In this document: positions 46,345 through 56,055 of the stretch, one piece after another
Layout of the letters: each line of letters opens with the position of its first letter
Numbering within the stretch: position 1 is the first letter of the stretch
IMG/VR virus record: IMGVR_UViG_3300030202_002193
Span: 1 to 64,000 of that record
DNA: 64,000 nt
From: a virus
Direction: 5' to 3' (one strand)
Notes under the pieces: model-generated
Seen by the model: the letters and a program-made list of their open reading frames with translations, nothing else
Database searches by the model: none
Told to the model about the DNA's origin: nothing
Program-made: the position numbers and the translations under genes

Positions 46345-47799
46345 TTAAAAGTTCAGGCCCATAATTCCTCTTCCGGCAAACGGTTTTGGTGCTACCGGCT
46401 TATCGTCAAAGATACCCAAATCGTCTAAATGAATAAACTTCTCGCTCATAGTATAAGTGGCGGCATTGGCCAAGGCTAAACTCATTACCATATCGTCGTG
46501 CGCCCCTATGCCTTCAAACTTGCCTCCTTCAGTAATAGCAAACATAGACAATTCTTCTATCAAAGTTGAAGTAACTCGCCTACTTTCTTCATTCCCGTAT
46601 GGAAGTCTCATTTTACCATTTTCGAAATTCATTTGTAGGTTAAGAATAATCTCTTGTTTTTTCTTTCTAGTGGTTGTGAAGTCATGAACATTAATATCAG
46701 ATACATGCTTTAATTCTTGGGTGAAAGACTTCGCAAAGATATTAGTTTCGAACAATACTACTTCGGGATTGAAAATCTTACCTATCATTTTTACTTTCTC
46801 TATGTTCTGCCGGAATTCTACATTCTTAGCCCTATCAACATATACTACAGTTTTATTATCGTTTTCGTCTACTTCTAATACTGTGATAACATTGTAGTCT
46901 CCATCAGTAGAAATGGCAGGGTCTACCCCCACATAATATTTGAAATCCTTTCTTCTATGTGGTTTTAATATGTAATCTTTAGACTTGGCATTATCTAAGT
47001 ATTCGGGATTGAATAGAGAAGTTCCTGTAGACATAGGAACACAAAGATATTCTCTAGTGAACGCAATTGTACCAATCTCTCCCTTTCTTAACATTAAGGA
47101 ATTGTAATCCCATCTATCAGGCCAAAGAGGTTCATTAAGTGCATTTAGGCAGGGATAGGTTCTAACCTCATAGACTTCATTTTCTGCAAGTTGAGAATAA
47201 ATATCTGTATAACTAAACGGAGTACCGATTACTCTTAATGATGCAGAATGGTGAAGAGTGGGAATCATATCACTGTAAAACCAATCAGTGACTTTCTGTA
47301 TAGCAGACATTGAAAATTCTTTCAAAGGGTCGTCAATAACAATTTCATTTGGGTGAAGTCCACGAATCTGTGAGCCTACAGACCTTGCTAGTAATTCATT
47401 GCCGTTAGTTAATCGAATATGCCCTACTGACCAGCCCCTAATAGGTTTGAATTTTTGTAGCATCGGGTGACTAAAATATTTGTCAATCTCTCGCATGTGT
47501 ACTAGAGTCTGCTTTTGGTTAGAAGAAATGTAAAGCATTTGGTAGCCTTTAGGTTGAAAGATTAAATTCCATATTACCCAACAGTGCATGAATACAGATT
47601 TTCCGTGGTCACGACTACAAATTAAAACTGTACGCTGAGTACTATTCATTAATTCTAACCACTCTTCCATATAATGTGGATAGAAATATTTGTCAATCCC
47701 CATAGCAGGGCCACAAACATGTTGAAAGAAATAAGGGAAGGAGTTTCTAGATAATTCGAAATCCATCTGATGTTCTAGATTAAATGCTTCGATTTCCAT
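46345..47799 (-). CDS. terL: Terminase large subunit
   Basis: SRDHGKS, IVIDD, IGTP, GVDPA, HDDMVMS. Confidence 0.95.
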   Translation of the reverse strand: MEIEAFNLEHQMDFELSRNSFPYFFQHVCGPAMGIDKYFYPHYMEEWLELMNSTQRTVLICSRDHGKSVFMHCWVIWNLIFQPKGYQMLYISSNQKQTLVHMREIDKYFSHPMLQKFKPIRGWSVGHIRLTNGNELLARSVGSQIRGLHPNEIVIDDPLKEFSMSAIQKVTDWFYSDMIPTLHHSASLRVIGTPFSYTDIYSQLAENEVYEVRTYPCLNALNEPLWPDRWDYNSLMLRKGEIGTIAFTREYLCVPMSTGTSLFNPEYLDNAKSKDYILKPHRRKDFKYYVGVDPAISTDGDYNVITVLEVDENDNKTVVYVDRAKNVEFRQNIEKVKMIGKIFNPEVVLFETNIFAKSFTQELKHVSDINVHDFTTTRKKKQEIILNLQMNFENGKMRLPYGNEESRRVTSTLIEELSMFAITEGGKFEGIGAHDDMVMSLALANAATYTMSEKFIHLDDLGIFDDKPVAPKPFAGRGIMGLNF

Positions 47800-48392
47800 T
47801 ATTGTTCACCTTTAGTTTTTTTGTAGTAACTACTTTCTTCTTCAACAGTAAGGGGCCTCCCTTCTTCTCTTTTAATATCTTCAAGAGTTGGTTGCCCTTT
47901 ACCTTGATTTCTATACATTTCGAAATAATTGTCAATTATTGTTCTTTTACTTCTTCTATCAACAATATTTTTTCTTTTAGACTGTTTCTTTTCTCTCTCT
48001 ATTTTTCTTCTTTCTGCAAGTTGTGTTTTCCTATATGTTAAGGCTTCATCTATTTTCTTCTGTCGGTCATATACATAGTTATAACCTCTTCGTAAATATT
48101 TTATTTTAGTTAGTATTTCTTCGTCACTTAATCTATAATTGGGAGTACGAAATAGTCTACTCACCTCGTCATGAAATCTCACTCCGTCTTCTTGTTTCAA
48201 CACCCTTTGCCACTTTTTTATTCTTGGGTCATGAATCATCTTTTCTGCATCTTTAGCGGCAATACCTCTATCTCTCAAGTCTCTGTATTCATGCCAAAAA
48301 TTCGGAACTCCGTATGCTCCGGCAATTTGATTAAATGCAACTCGCTTGTAATTATACAAGAAGTAGGCTTGCTCTAAAGACTGGAACGACAT
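47799..48392 (-). CDS. Basic hypothetical protein with an internal WQRVLKQ motif
   Basis: 197 aa ORF. Confidence 0.7.
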   Translation of the reverse strand: MSFQSLEQAYFLYNYKRVAFNQIAGAYGVPNFWHEYRDLRDRGIAAKDAEKMIHDPRIKKWQRVLKQEDGVRFHDEVSRLFRTPNYRLSDEEILTKIKYLRRGYNYVYDRQKKIDEALTYRKTQLAERRKIEREKKQSKRKNIVDRRSKRTIIDNYFEMYRNQGKGQPTLEDIKREEGRPLTVEEESSYYKKTKGEQ

Positions 48393-48746
48393 CTAACTAC
48401 CCTTCCGCCATTTCTTATTCTTCTTCTCTTTGGTTTTACTTGGACTCCACTTTACTTTATCAGCCCAATATGCCGCAGACATCTTTCCACGCTTGATGTT
48501 CTTAGCATGGCGAGATTTGAAAGCCCTTCTTTGTCCGGCAGTTTGATTTGTCTTAACTCCCTTTTGTCCGAACTTGATGTACTTGGCTTTCTTTCCTTCA
48601 AAGGCCATAACATGATGTGATTTTCCCGAACTGTCATTTAATCTCTGAGGTTTATTTAATCCTTTAAGTCCCTTTTTCTTAGCCCGTTCAAGTGCCTTCG
48701 ACCTAGCACTTTTAGGTTTCTTTTTGAGAATAGTTTGCCAACTCAT
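48393..48746 (-). CDS. Leader protein (MSWQTILKK); basic FGQKG...RH...SAAYWA type
   Basis: Motif recalled from marine phage and giant-virus proteins of unknown function. Confidence 0.75.
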   Translation of the reverse strand: MSWQTILKKKPKSARSKALERAKKKGLKGLNKPQRLNDSSGKSHHVMAFEGKKAKYIKFGQKGVKTNQTAGQRRAFKSRHAKNIKRGKMSAAYWADKVKWSPSKTKEKKNKKWRKGS

Positions 48747-49150
48747 GATTCTTCCCTCTTCATTTGGTTTTTCTTAGACTTCTTATCGTCTTTGATAGGT
48801 CCACCTTTGGCCCAAGTATAGCAAGTTCTATCTTCATGACACTTGAAATCGTGCATCCAACAATATCCTAATCCACCTTTTACATCTACGATAGGCATAC
48901 AATCTTTCATCCTTGGACTAATATCAAAAGCGATGCAATTAGAACACTTAGATTTCTTAGCGGCTTCAACTGATGTGTCCCAATGTTCCGCTACCTTCTC
49001 CCAATAATCAGCAGGTTCATCTATATTCAAAGGACCGTATTTTATATCCTCATCCTCGATAGCGGCATCTCTATTCTTTGTGTTTAGTTTTAGATTCTTA
49101 GTTGCCGGAGGGCAAGTTAATTGCTTCAATAAGATTTGCCAATCATTCAT
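48743..49150 (-). CDS. Leader protein (MNDWQILLKQ), Cys-rich
   Basis: CPPAT...YGP...CSNC...GYC...KC...TC..W. Confidence 0.75.
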   Translation of the reverse strand: MNDWQILLKQLTCPPATKNLKLNTKNRDAAIEDEDIKYGPLNIDEPADYWEKVAEHWDTSVEAAKKSKCSNCIAFDISPRMKDCMPIVDVKGGLGYCWMHDFKCHEDRTCYTWAKGGPIKDDKKSKKNQMKREES

Positions 49151-49508
49151 CTTCCTCATCCTCTTCTTCCTCTTCAGGAAGCGGTAGTCCATCTAAAAGA
49201 ATATAATCTCCACTCTTATGTTGAACAACATTTTCCATAGAATCTAACAGTCCTTCTAGTTCTTCTCCGGACATCTTAGTTGCTTCTTCTAGTGGTTCTA
49301 GACCCGAAGCCCCTCCTTCTTTTTCCAAAGTAGAAACTATTGTTTCTTCTGCACCTTCAGACTTTTTCGCCCGTAAGTGTTTGAAATCTTCACCAGTAAT
49401 TTCTCCATCACCGTCTGCGTCAATGTTTTTTTGTTTTCCATACAGAATCTTTTCTGTCTCTATTTTTTCTGTTCCGCAATGTGCTTTCAATACTTTTTTC
49501 CAATTCAT
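49143..49508 (-). CDS. Leader protein (MNWKKVLKA) with EF-hand loop and wHTH-like tail
   Basis: DADGDGEITGED. Confidence 0.75.
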   Translation of the reverse strand: MNWKKVLKAHCGTEKIETEKILYGKQKNIDADGDGEITGEDFKHLRAKKSEGAEETIVSTLEKEGGASGLEPLEEATKMSGEELEGLLDSMENVVQHKSGDYILLDGLPLPEEEEEDEEDE

Positions 49509-49521
49509 TTAATCCTCTCCT

Positions 49522-49893
49522 TTAACATGCCCCACAAGTAGGTCGGCACTTTCTTTTTTTACCTTTAGAAGCATCTTCTCTTCCACAAGGTTTTGGCCCA
49601 CTTTTATTACCGCAGGTTCCGCAAGCAATCCAACCGCCTTGAGTTTTTTCTCCTTTCTTTTGCTTTCCGCCTCTTCTATTAAACCAAGCATGAAGACCGC
49701 CCTTTCTTTCTTTCTTAGTATGGGGGTCTGCCTTTTTGACTTTACCTTGTCGGCATCTAACAATAAATCCGGATTTGTATGCGGAACTTTTCATCCCGTA
49801 TTTTTCATCGGCTAGTTTAGCACATCTATCCTTTTTCTCGCCTTTGCTATTGTGAGTAGCGGTAGCCTTTACTTTAAGAATATCTTGCCACAT
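49522..49893 (-). CDS. Leader protein (MWQDILKV), basic and Cys-containing
   Basis: SAYKSG, GGLHAWF, CGR...KCRP. Confidence 0.7.
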   Translation of the reverse strand: MWQDILKVKATATHNSKGEKKDRCAKLADEKYGMKSSAYKSGFIVRCRQGKVKKADPHTKKERKGGLHAWFNRRGGKQKKGEKTQGGWIACGTCGNKSGPKPCGREDASKGKKRKCRPTCGAC

Positions 49894-49898
49894 ATCTC

Positions 49899-52199
49899 TC
49901 ACCTAAATTGTGCCTTCACTTGATATACAATTTCTTCAGATACTCCTAGAGATTTAGCAATATCAGAAAACGAATTAACTTCAGTAACTATTTTATCTAC
50001 TTCAGAATGTGACAAATCAACATGGAACTCCTTATACATCTTAGTAATAACTTCTTCAGAATGTTCGATAGTCAAGGGTCTAAAAGCATAAACGGCTTCC
50101 AAGCCCTTTATTTCTCTAATAATATCATGGGCTTTTAATAAAGATTTGAGAATAACTGGTAGATTTTCTGCCCTTCTCAATAAATCCTTTAATTTGCTAA
50201 CTTCGTTCTTCATCCCTGCTCTTTCAATAAGACCTCTATGTTTCATTAAATAGGCCGGTAAAATAAATAGGGGAAAGGGTTTTCCTGAAGCATAGTCTGT
50301 ACGATATTGTTTTTCTCTTTCACTAATTAACTTCTTATTGAACTTTCTATCTCCAATTTCTTGTCCCATTTCGTCATATAAATATTTAATTATAGCCGCC
50401 ATATGGTTATCATTTTCTTCTTGTAAGTCAAATAAAGCAGTAAGAGCAGTAGCGGCATCTTCTCCCTTTTGAGTTAATTCCATATCTAGCCCACCTTCTC
50501 CGCTAATTACTGCGTTAAGGAACTTGTAGATAGCGGTAATATGGGACTTTTTCACTATGAATCTATTATTTAAGATATTAGAATACGCAGTACCCGATAA
50601 TGTCTGAACGCCTAAATTGGATGCACCTGCTGAAATTCTAAAAGCCCCTACTGATTTAACGAAATCTACTTCTGCTATGGGTAATTTACCACTATAACTA
50701 GGGGAGAGATAATAGGCATCAATAGCCTCTAATAACTCCTTAAATGCTTCTCTAGCCTTTTTCATTTCGCCCTTATGCCCTGCTTGCATAGGGGCTTCCG
50801 AAGGTAGGCCTTCTTCTACTGAAAAGTTTCGTCTAACGCTTTTACTAGGTAGCATCGGAGGGAACTCGAATAATAAATTTCCTACTGTTTCTAAAAATTC
50901 TAATATGTTAGAAGTATTGTTCTCACCATCTACGGTGCTTCCTTTAGGAAGATGCTCTATTATATTGTGAGGTAAATAGAATTCAGAAATATCCGATGTA
51001 ATAGTTTCTTTCATTTCCTCAATATCTTTCTGTATTCTAGGAGACATTAGAACTCCTAAATCCGAATATTGGGCATTCGCATTTTCAATAGACCCTATAA
51101 TGTAGTCATGGATTTCTTCAAATCCTTTCTTAGTAATGGCTATTGTCTTTTTAGATAAATCAGATTTAGGGGAATTGAAGTAATAAGATAGTAAGGGGTC
51201 TACTTCCTTTCCTTCTCCTTCTAAAAATCTTAGGAGTTCATCGTCTTGAGAACTATTTGTCAATGTGGGGTCTATCATAGAAAAATCTTGGCCATCCGTC
51301 TTAGCGGCAGTTCGTAACTCCATTTGCATTTGGGAATTAACATCCCCTGCTATTTCTCCAGTCTCTTTCTTTTCTTCTTCTAATATCTCTTTATGTAAAT
51401 TGTAGGCGGTTTCTAAACTAACTATATACGAATATGCCCTACCTAATGGTACTGAAGTACTTACTGTAACTGGGTCAAATCTATGCACATAACTCAAATC
51501 TTTGTCCTTGAATTCCAAAAGACTAGATAATAAGTCATCCCATTTAGCATCTACCTCTTTGCCTTCAAACATTTGTTCTAACTGTTCCATCATTGGTTTC
51601 ATTAATATATTTTCTAAAGCATTTTTAAGTTTTTTATATTTACCAGCAACATCTCCCCAATATTTGTAGATGACATCTCTATTCTGTACGGAACTTAGTG
51701 GTAGGCCCCCAAGGTAACTATCTATTTTAATAGCCTTAGTAGATTTTTTTCCAGTAATAGCATAAGCCTTGGTTTCATCTATTGCATCTAATAAAACATC
51801 CACATTATGTTGTATTATAATATCAGAAGGGGTGACAGGGGGATTATTTTTTAGGGCCACCTGTATAACCTGTAGATTTTTTTCTAAAGCAGTTATGTCC
51901 TTTTCAGGATTGTTGGTAGTAGAAAATAATCTAATGTTTGTTGGTAGTTTTCCCTTTAAGGCGGTGGTTTTAGTAATAGTTTTGTTACTCTTCGTTTTGA
52001 TTCTTACGCCCTTCAGAGCCTTTTCGAACATTTGAAATGGACTATCAGAGCGACTAATTTTATCTTTTAGTTCTTGGATTTTAGCATCTGCCCCTTCTCC
52101 AAACTCTTCCCTCATGTCAGCAAAGATTTCTGCCTGTTCTGTTTTTCTTTGGCTTTTAGGGAGTCTAGATAATCTATCTGCAATTTCGTCAATGTTCAT
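49899..52199 (-). CDS. Large hypothetical protein, probable internal head protein
   Basis: 766 aa; VILKSLLKAH; C-terminal HTH-like FSDIAKSLGVS. Confidence 0.75.
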   Translation of the reverse strand: MNIDEIADRLSRLPKSQRKTEQAEIFADMREEFGEGADAKIQELKDKISRSDSPFQMFEKALKGVRIKTKSNKTITKTTALKGKLPTNIRLFSTTNNPEKDITALEKNLQVIQVALKNNPPVTPSDIIIQHNVDVLLDAIDETKAYAITGKKSTKAIKIDSYLGGLPLSSVQNRDVIYKYWGDVAGKYKKLKNALENILMKPMMEQLEQMFEGKEVDAKWDDLLSSLLEFKDKDLSYVHRFDPVTVSTSVPLGRAYSYIVSLETAYNLHKEILEEEKKETGEIAGDVNSQMQMELRTAAKTDGQDFSMIDPTLTNSSQDDELLRFLEGEGKEVDPLLSYYFNSPKSDLSKKTIAITKKGFEEIHDYIIGSIENANAQYSDLGVLMSPRIQKDIEEMKETITSDISEFYLPHNIIEHLPKGSTVDGENNTSNILEFLETVGNLLFEFPPMLPSKSVRRNFSVEEGLPSEAPMQAGHKGEMKKAREAFKELLEAIDAYYLSPSYSGKLPIAEVDFVKSVGAFRISAGASNLGVQTLSGTAYSNILNNRFIVKKSHITAIYKFLNAVISGEGGLDMELTQKGEDAATALTALFDLQEENDNHMAAIIKYLYDEMGQEIGDRKFNKKLISEREKQYRTDYASGKPFPLFILPAYLMKHRGLIERAGMKNEVSKLKDLLRRAENLPVILKSLLKAHDIIREIKGLEAVYAFRPLTIEHSEEVITKMYKEFHVDLSHSEVDKIVTEVNSFSDIAKSLGVSEEIVYQVKAQFR

Positions 52200-54253
52200 G
52201 CTTGGACCTCCGTAACAATGTTCTTGTCTAGTAGTTTATTTAATAACTTCTTCGGAAGTTGGCCTTTACCGTCACCGACTCCCTTAGAGTTTATTATCTT
52301 GCGAAGATTCTCTTCAAAGAAATATATTAGGGCATTTCTATAGGCAAGTATTCTTCCCTGTATAGTTGATTCTAATTCATCAATTAGTTTTCTTTTATCC
52401 TTCGCCTTATCTATCCTCTCATAGAACCCTAAAACAGAATCACTTCCAGTACTTCCTAGTAAAGAATCTAACTTAGCAAAAAATGGAATTAGTTTTTTAG
52501 GACTTAGTGAAGATAATGTAAGGGAGCCTCCTAGGGGTTCTCTAGCCGTTTTTACTAGAGGATAAGAAAGCATTAGTTGTCTAAACCCTGTCTCTGATAA
52601 TAAAGAAGCAACAGATGAAGAAATCTCAAGACGAGTCAATTCTTTTTCCGGTAAATTACCTTTTAAGTTACTAAGTAAGTCTTTAATTTCAGACGGCACA
52701 AACTCTTCTATTTCTCCATCCTCTTCTCCGACTATTTTGAATCTTCTAAGTGAGCCTATCATGACTTCTTCGAAATCTATAGTAGTTTTATCCTCTAAAA
52801 TATCTCCCACTAATAATTCCTTAACTCCTATATTTTCTATTGCCTCGTCTAATACTCTTTTCATTTTAGGAGATACAGTAGTAGACATCTCTTCCGCATT
52901 CGCTTCACTTATATCTTCTATATCTACTTGTTTCATGAACCATCTCTTGAAAGGTTCCGGTTGTTCAGGAACTTCCTCAGAATCCAAATCAATTTCTATT
53001 CCGAATAAAGGAGTGGAAACTTTTCCAGATTCTTCATTGAATACTTTCATAGCATCTTCTAATAGTAAAGGCCTTAATTTACCAGCATCAATAATCTCCA
53101 ACTTTTTAGTTTGTGTCAATAAAGTATCGAACCAATTCGGTCCATCAATGGCAGTAAGTAATAGGCTCAAATAGGGGTTTGTTCGTAAACTCCCCCCTGC
53201 TTTTGTAGGGAATACTAAGTCTTGTACCAAAGAAGAAGATAGGGTAATTTCTTCTCCTCTTTCTGTAATTTTCATATCTACTCCCTTTGGAATAAATATA
53301 GAAGACTTGACACCTTTGGTTTTACTAACAGTTTCTATAAATTCTGTAAGCATTCGGTTATCAAATTGATTTACTTCATAGAATTTAGCATCAGGTATGG
53401 TTAATTTTCTACTAACTCCGGCAGATTCTATTGTTGGTACATATGATTTAATTTCTACTAAAATAGGGTTCAGAATCTCTTTGAATTGTCTACCATCTGT
53501 TATTGCTGAAAGTCTTCTAAATTCCTCGGCATAGGTTCTGAGAGAAGTAGGTTTCATCCTACCCATACTGCCTTCGCCGGTAAAATCTATATTTCTGTCT
53601 TCATCTAAGAAGAAAGAGTTCCAATTTTTCATCCATTCTCCTACTGTTAGATTAGGATAGTGGATTACCCAAGACCGTTCCTTAATTCCTAGCCAAAGTA
53701 CTTTTCCTTGGATAATTTTAGCAAATTTTTCTAAAAGTTTCTTAGAAGGGTTTCCAGCCTTAAAATATAATATGCTACCCTTGTCTATTTTCTGCAAATC
53801 TCTCTGCAATTGCCGTAAATCTTCATCTCGCATTATTTTAGGGTATTTTTGCGCCAATTTCAAAAATTCGTCGATTTTATCGGTATTTCCGCCCTCTTTT
53901 ATCTCTTGAGCGAGAGTATTCAGTTTTACTCTAGGACTATCCGCACTTTGTCTCTTTTTTGTGCCATATCTTTCTACAAGTAGGTCCATTTTTTGCTTCA
54001 TTGGCGCAATATCCATGTTTTCCCTGAATCTTGGAGTAAATTCTCTAACAAATCCGTCCTTATCTTTAGAATATTTATCCAATGCTTCGATTAATTTGTT
54101 AAAATCTCTTCTTTTTTGGTTTTCTGTAGGAGAATCTCGCATATCATCAAGAATTGGCAGTTGAGTTTCTAAAATATCTAAAGAAAATGCGGGAGAAAGC
54201 ATCCCTTGGACTAAATCTATGGCAGTTTGCCTCTTCAATAACTCGGTCCACAT
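52196..54253 (-). CDS. Large leader protein (MWTELLKR)
   Basis: 685 aa; shared leader. Confidence 0.75.
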   Translation of the reverse strand: MWTELLKRQTAIDLVQGMLSPAFSLDILETQLPILDDMRDSPTENQKRRDFNKLIEALDKYSKDKDGFVREFTPRFRENMDIAPMKQKMDLLVERYGTKKRQSADSPRVKLNTLAQEIKEGGNTDKIDEFLKLAQKYPKIMRDEDLRQLQRDLQKIDKGSILYFKAGNPSKKLLEKFAKIIQGKVLWLGIKERSWVIHYPNLTVGEWMKNWNSFFLDEDRNIDFTGEGSMGRMKPTSLRTYAEEFRRLSAITDGRQFKEILNPILVEIKSYVPTIESAGVSRKLTIPDAKFYEVNQFDNRMLTEFIETVSKTKGVKSSIFIPKGVDMKITERGEEITLSSSLVQDLVFPTKAGGSLRTNPYLSLLLTAIDGPNWFDTLLTQTKKLEIIDAGKLRPLLLEDAMKVFNEESGKVSTPLFGIEIDLDSEEVPEQPEPFKRWFMKQVDIEDISEANAEEMSTTVSPKMKRVLDEAIENIGVKELLVGDILEDKTTIDFEEVMIGSLRRFKIVGEEDGEIEEFVPSEIKDLLSNLKGNLPEKELTRLEISSSVASLLSETGFRQLMLSYPLVKTAREPLGGSLTLSSLSPKKLIPFFAKLDSLLGSTGSDSVLGFYERIDKAKDKRKLIDELESTIQGRILAYRNALIYFFEENLRKIINSKGVGDGKGQLPKKLLNKLLDKNIVTEVQA

Positions 54254-54259
54254 GAAAAC

Positions 54260-54562
54260 TCACTTAGAATCCCTACTTCCACGCCTTCTAATAATTATTT
54301 TTGCCGACAATTGGCCCATTTTTGCCCTAATTGCCTTTAATTTTTCTGAAATAGTGTTAATTTTTAGAGAAATCTGCTCATCCTCTTCAGAAGTCTTTGC
54401 ATTTTTTCTCGCTATACTTAGTTTGGAAAGTTCGCCCTCTATTTCTCGCATTTTCTTTACCATACTATCCATTTTTTTCTGCAATTCCGAGTCATAATCT
54501 GTAACTTGAAAGCGTTTCCTCTGCTCTCTACGGATTCTTTTCAGTATATCTTCCCAACTCAT
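54260..54562 (-). CDS. Cassette leader protein (MSWEDILKR), basic coiled coil
   Basis: Starts within the 22-bp repeat. Confidence 0.75.
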   Translation of the reverse strand: MSWEDILKRIRREQRKRFQVTDYDSELQKKMDSMVKKMREIEGELSKLSIARKNAKTSEEDEQISLKINTISEKLKAIRAKMGQLSAKIIIRRRGSRDSK

Positions 54563-54573
54563 TGTAATTCCTC

Positions 54574-54819
54574 CTAGATATTATATTCTAACTCTCTTGT
54601 AGAAATATGTATTTCTTCTAATCTCTTTAGCCTATCTTGTAAATCAGCAAATTCTTCTTGCGCCCTTTCCATATCTTTTTCTTCAAGAATAAGAGTTTCG
54701 ATATACTTTAGATGTTCATATAAGTCTGCAAATCTATCAACGCCTAGTTCCATAATCACTTTGATGTAATACCTAACATCGTCATAGATGTCTTTCTTTA
54801 GAAGATTTTTCCAACTCAT
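54574..54819 (-). CDS. Cassette leader protein (MSWKNLLKK)
   Basis: Bounded by 22-bp repeats. Confidence 0.75.
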   Translation of the reverse strand: MSWKNLLKKDIYDDVRYYIKVIMELGVDRFADLYEHLKYIETLILEEKDMERAQEEFADLQDRLKRLEEIHISTRELEYNI

Positions 54820-54830
54820 TGTAATTCCTC

Positions 54831-55154
54831 CTAGGCATAATCCTCTAATATGGTATCAACATCTTCAGAATAATTTTCTGCAACTATATCCCAATCTACA
54901 TCATTAATAGAATCTGTTGAACCATCATAATCTTCCCTTTCTAATTCTTCCATAAAACCTTCCATGTGCATCATAACATTAGGAAGCCAATTTGCCAACT
55001 TATCCATGAGTTCTTCTTTTTCATATCCCGACATAACTAGAGATTCAATATATGCTAATACCTTTCTATAAGTCTCTTCTTCATTCATTATCCAAAGTTC
55101 AGCAGAACGAGTAGCAGTATCTATTTTTTTTCTAATGATATTTTTCCAACTCAT
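54831..55154 (-). CDS. Cassette leader protein (MSWKNIIRK), acidic
   Basis: Bounded by 22-bp repeats; LWIMNEE...VDWDIVAE. Confidence 0.75.
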   Translation of the reverse strand: MSWKNIIRKKIDTATRSAELWIMNEEETYRKVLAYIESLVMSGYEKEELMDKLANWLPNVMMHMEGFMEELEREDYDGSTDSINDVDWDIVAENYSEDVDTILEDYA

Positions 55155-55170
55155 TGTAATTCCTCCTGCA

Positions 55171-55395
55171 TCAAATTTCAACTACACTATCGTAAGCACT
55201 TTCAAATCCCTCATCATCTAAGGCAAGGCAATTCCTACAAGAATAGCCCTCAGAGGGTTCATTGGGTCTAAAATTATCATCACTGAATCTTCTAAAATCA
55301 GATACATAATACTCTGCCCTGCCTGTGCAATTAGGAGAACGCCTTATGTCACACCTTAACTTTTTATCTTCTTTCAAAATTTTCTTCCAACTCAT
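55171..55395 (-). CDS. Cassette leader protein (MSWKKILKE), Zn-finger-like
   Basis: C...C...CRNC; bounded by 22-bp repeats. Confidence 0.75.
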   Translation of the reverse strand: MSWKKILKEDKKLRCDIRRSPNCTGRAEYYVSDFRRFSDDNFRPNEPSEGYSCRNCLALDDEGFESAYDSVVEI

Positions 55396-56051
55396 TGTAA
55401 TTCCTCCTGCATTTGTTTCTTTACATCAAGCCAAACTTCGGGATGGTTTTGTGCCAATACCTTTTGTACGACTTGCATTTGGTGAACGATAATTGTATCT
55501 TGTCTACGGTGAACCAACTTGCCCTTGAACTCCATAATATATTTCAAACTTTCACGAACTTCTCTAGCCAACTTAACCAAAGCATCTAGTTCTTTGTGAC
55601 TTAAATCATCTTGACCAAATAACTCATCCACCTTAGCATCCAATCTTTGAACATTCAGACTTAACATCTCAATCTCATTGACTTCTTTCTTTGCTATGAT
55701 ATTAGCCGCAGACTTCTGCACTAGTGGAGCCAAGTGGTTTTTCATGTGCCTTTGTACTTGTGTCTTAGAAATGCTTAGAGTTTCAGCAATGGCTTCTGAA
55801 GTAACTTCTCCGGAACTCAATGCTTTTTCATAGTGACTTCTCATAGGGTCGGTACAAAAACCACATCTAGGATTGCTACTGTTTTGATAATCGCCCATGT
55901 GATTTCTTTGGTGTTGGGCGGCAGTTCCGCTTCTCCAACCTTCTCTTTTATCTAAGTCATCACAAGATATTGACATAGAATCTATTTCAGATTCCAATTC
56001 ATCTCTTGCCTCATGTTGGCAAAACTTACAACGCTTGCGGGTTACTGTCAT
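55392..56051 (-). CDS. Tandem Zn-finger/HTH plus coiled-coil protein, candidate terminase small subunit
   Basis: CKFC...HQRNH and CGFC...HTH...HMKNH repeats; helical oligomerisation-like tail; upstream of terL. Confidence 0.55.
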   Translation of the reverse strand: MTVTRKRCKFCQHEARDELESEIDSMSISCDDLDKREGWRSGTAAQHQRNHMGDYQNSSNPRCGFCTDPMRSHYEKALSSGEVTSEAIAETLSISKTQVQRHMKNHLAPLVQKSAANIIAKKEVNEIEMLSLNVQRLDAKVDELFGQDDLSHKELDALVKLAREVRESLKYIMEFKGKLVHRRQDTIIVHQMQVVQKVLAQNHPEVWLDVKKQMQEELQ

Positions 56052-56055
56052 AATA

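Larger units (their letters stand above)
54554..55408 (-). repeat. 22-bp exact direct repeat, 4 copies (54554, 54811, 55146, 55387), delimiting gene cassettes
   Basis: Minus strand AGGAGGAATTACAATGAGTTGG = RBS plus Met-Ser-Trp codons. Confidence 0.95.

Noticed and set aside
49509-49763. 84-aa same-strand overlapping ORF
   Set aside because: Alternative frame of the leader-bearing 49522-49893 gene; no RBS
54554-55408. CRISPR array
   Set aside because: Intervals are 240-335 bp intact genes, the repeat is an RBS plus start codons, and no cas operon is present
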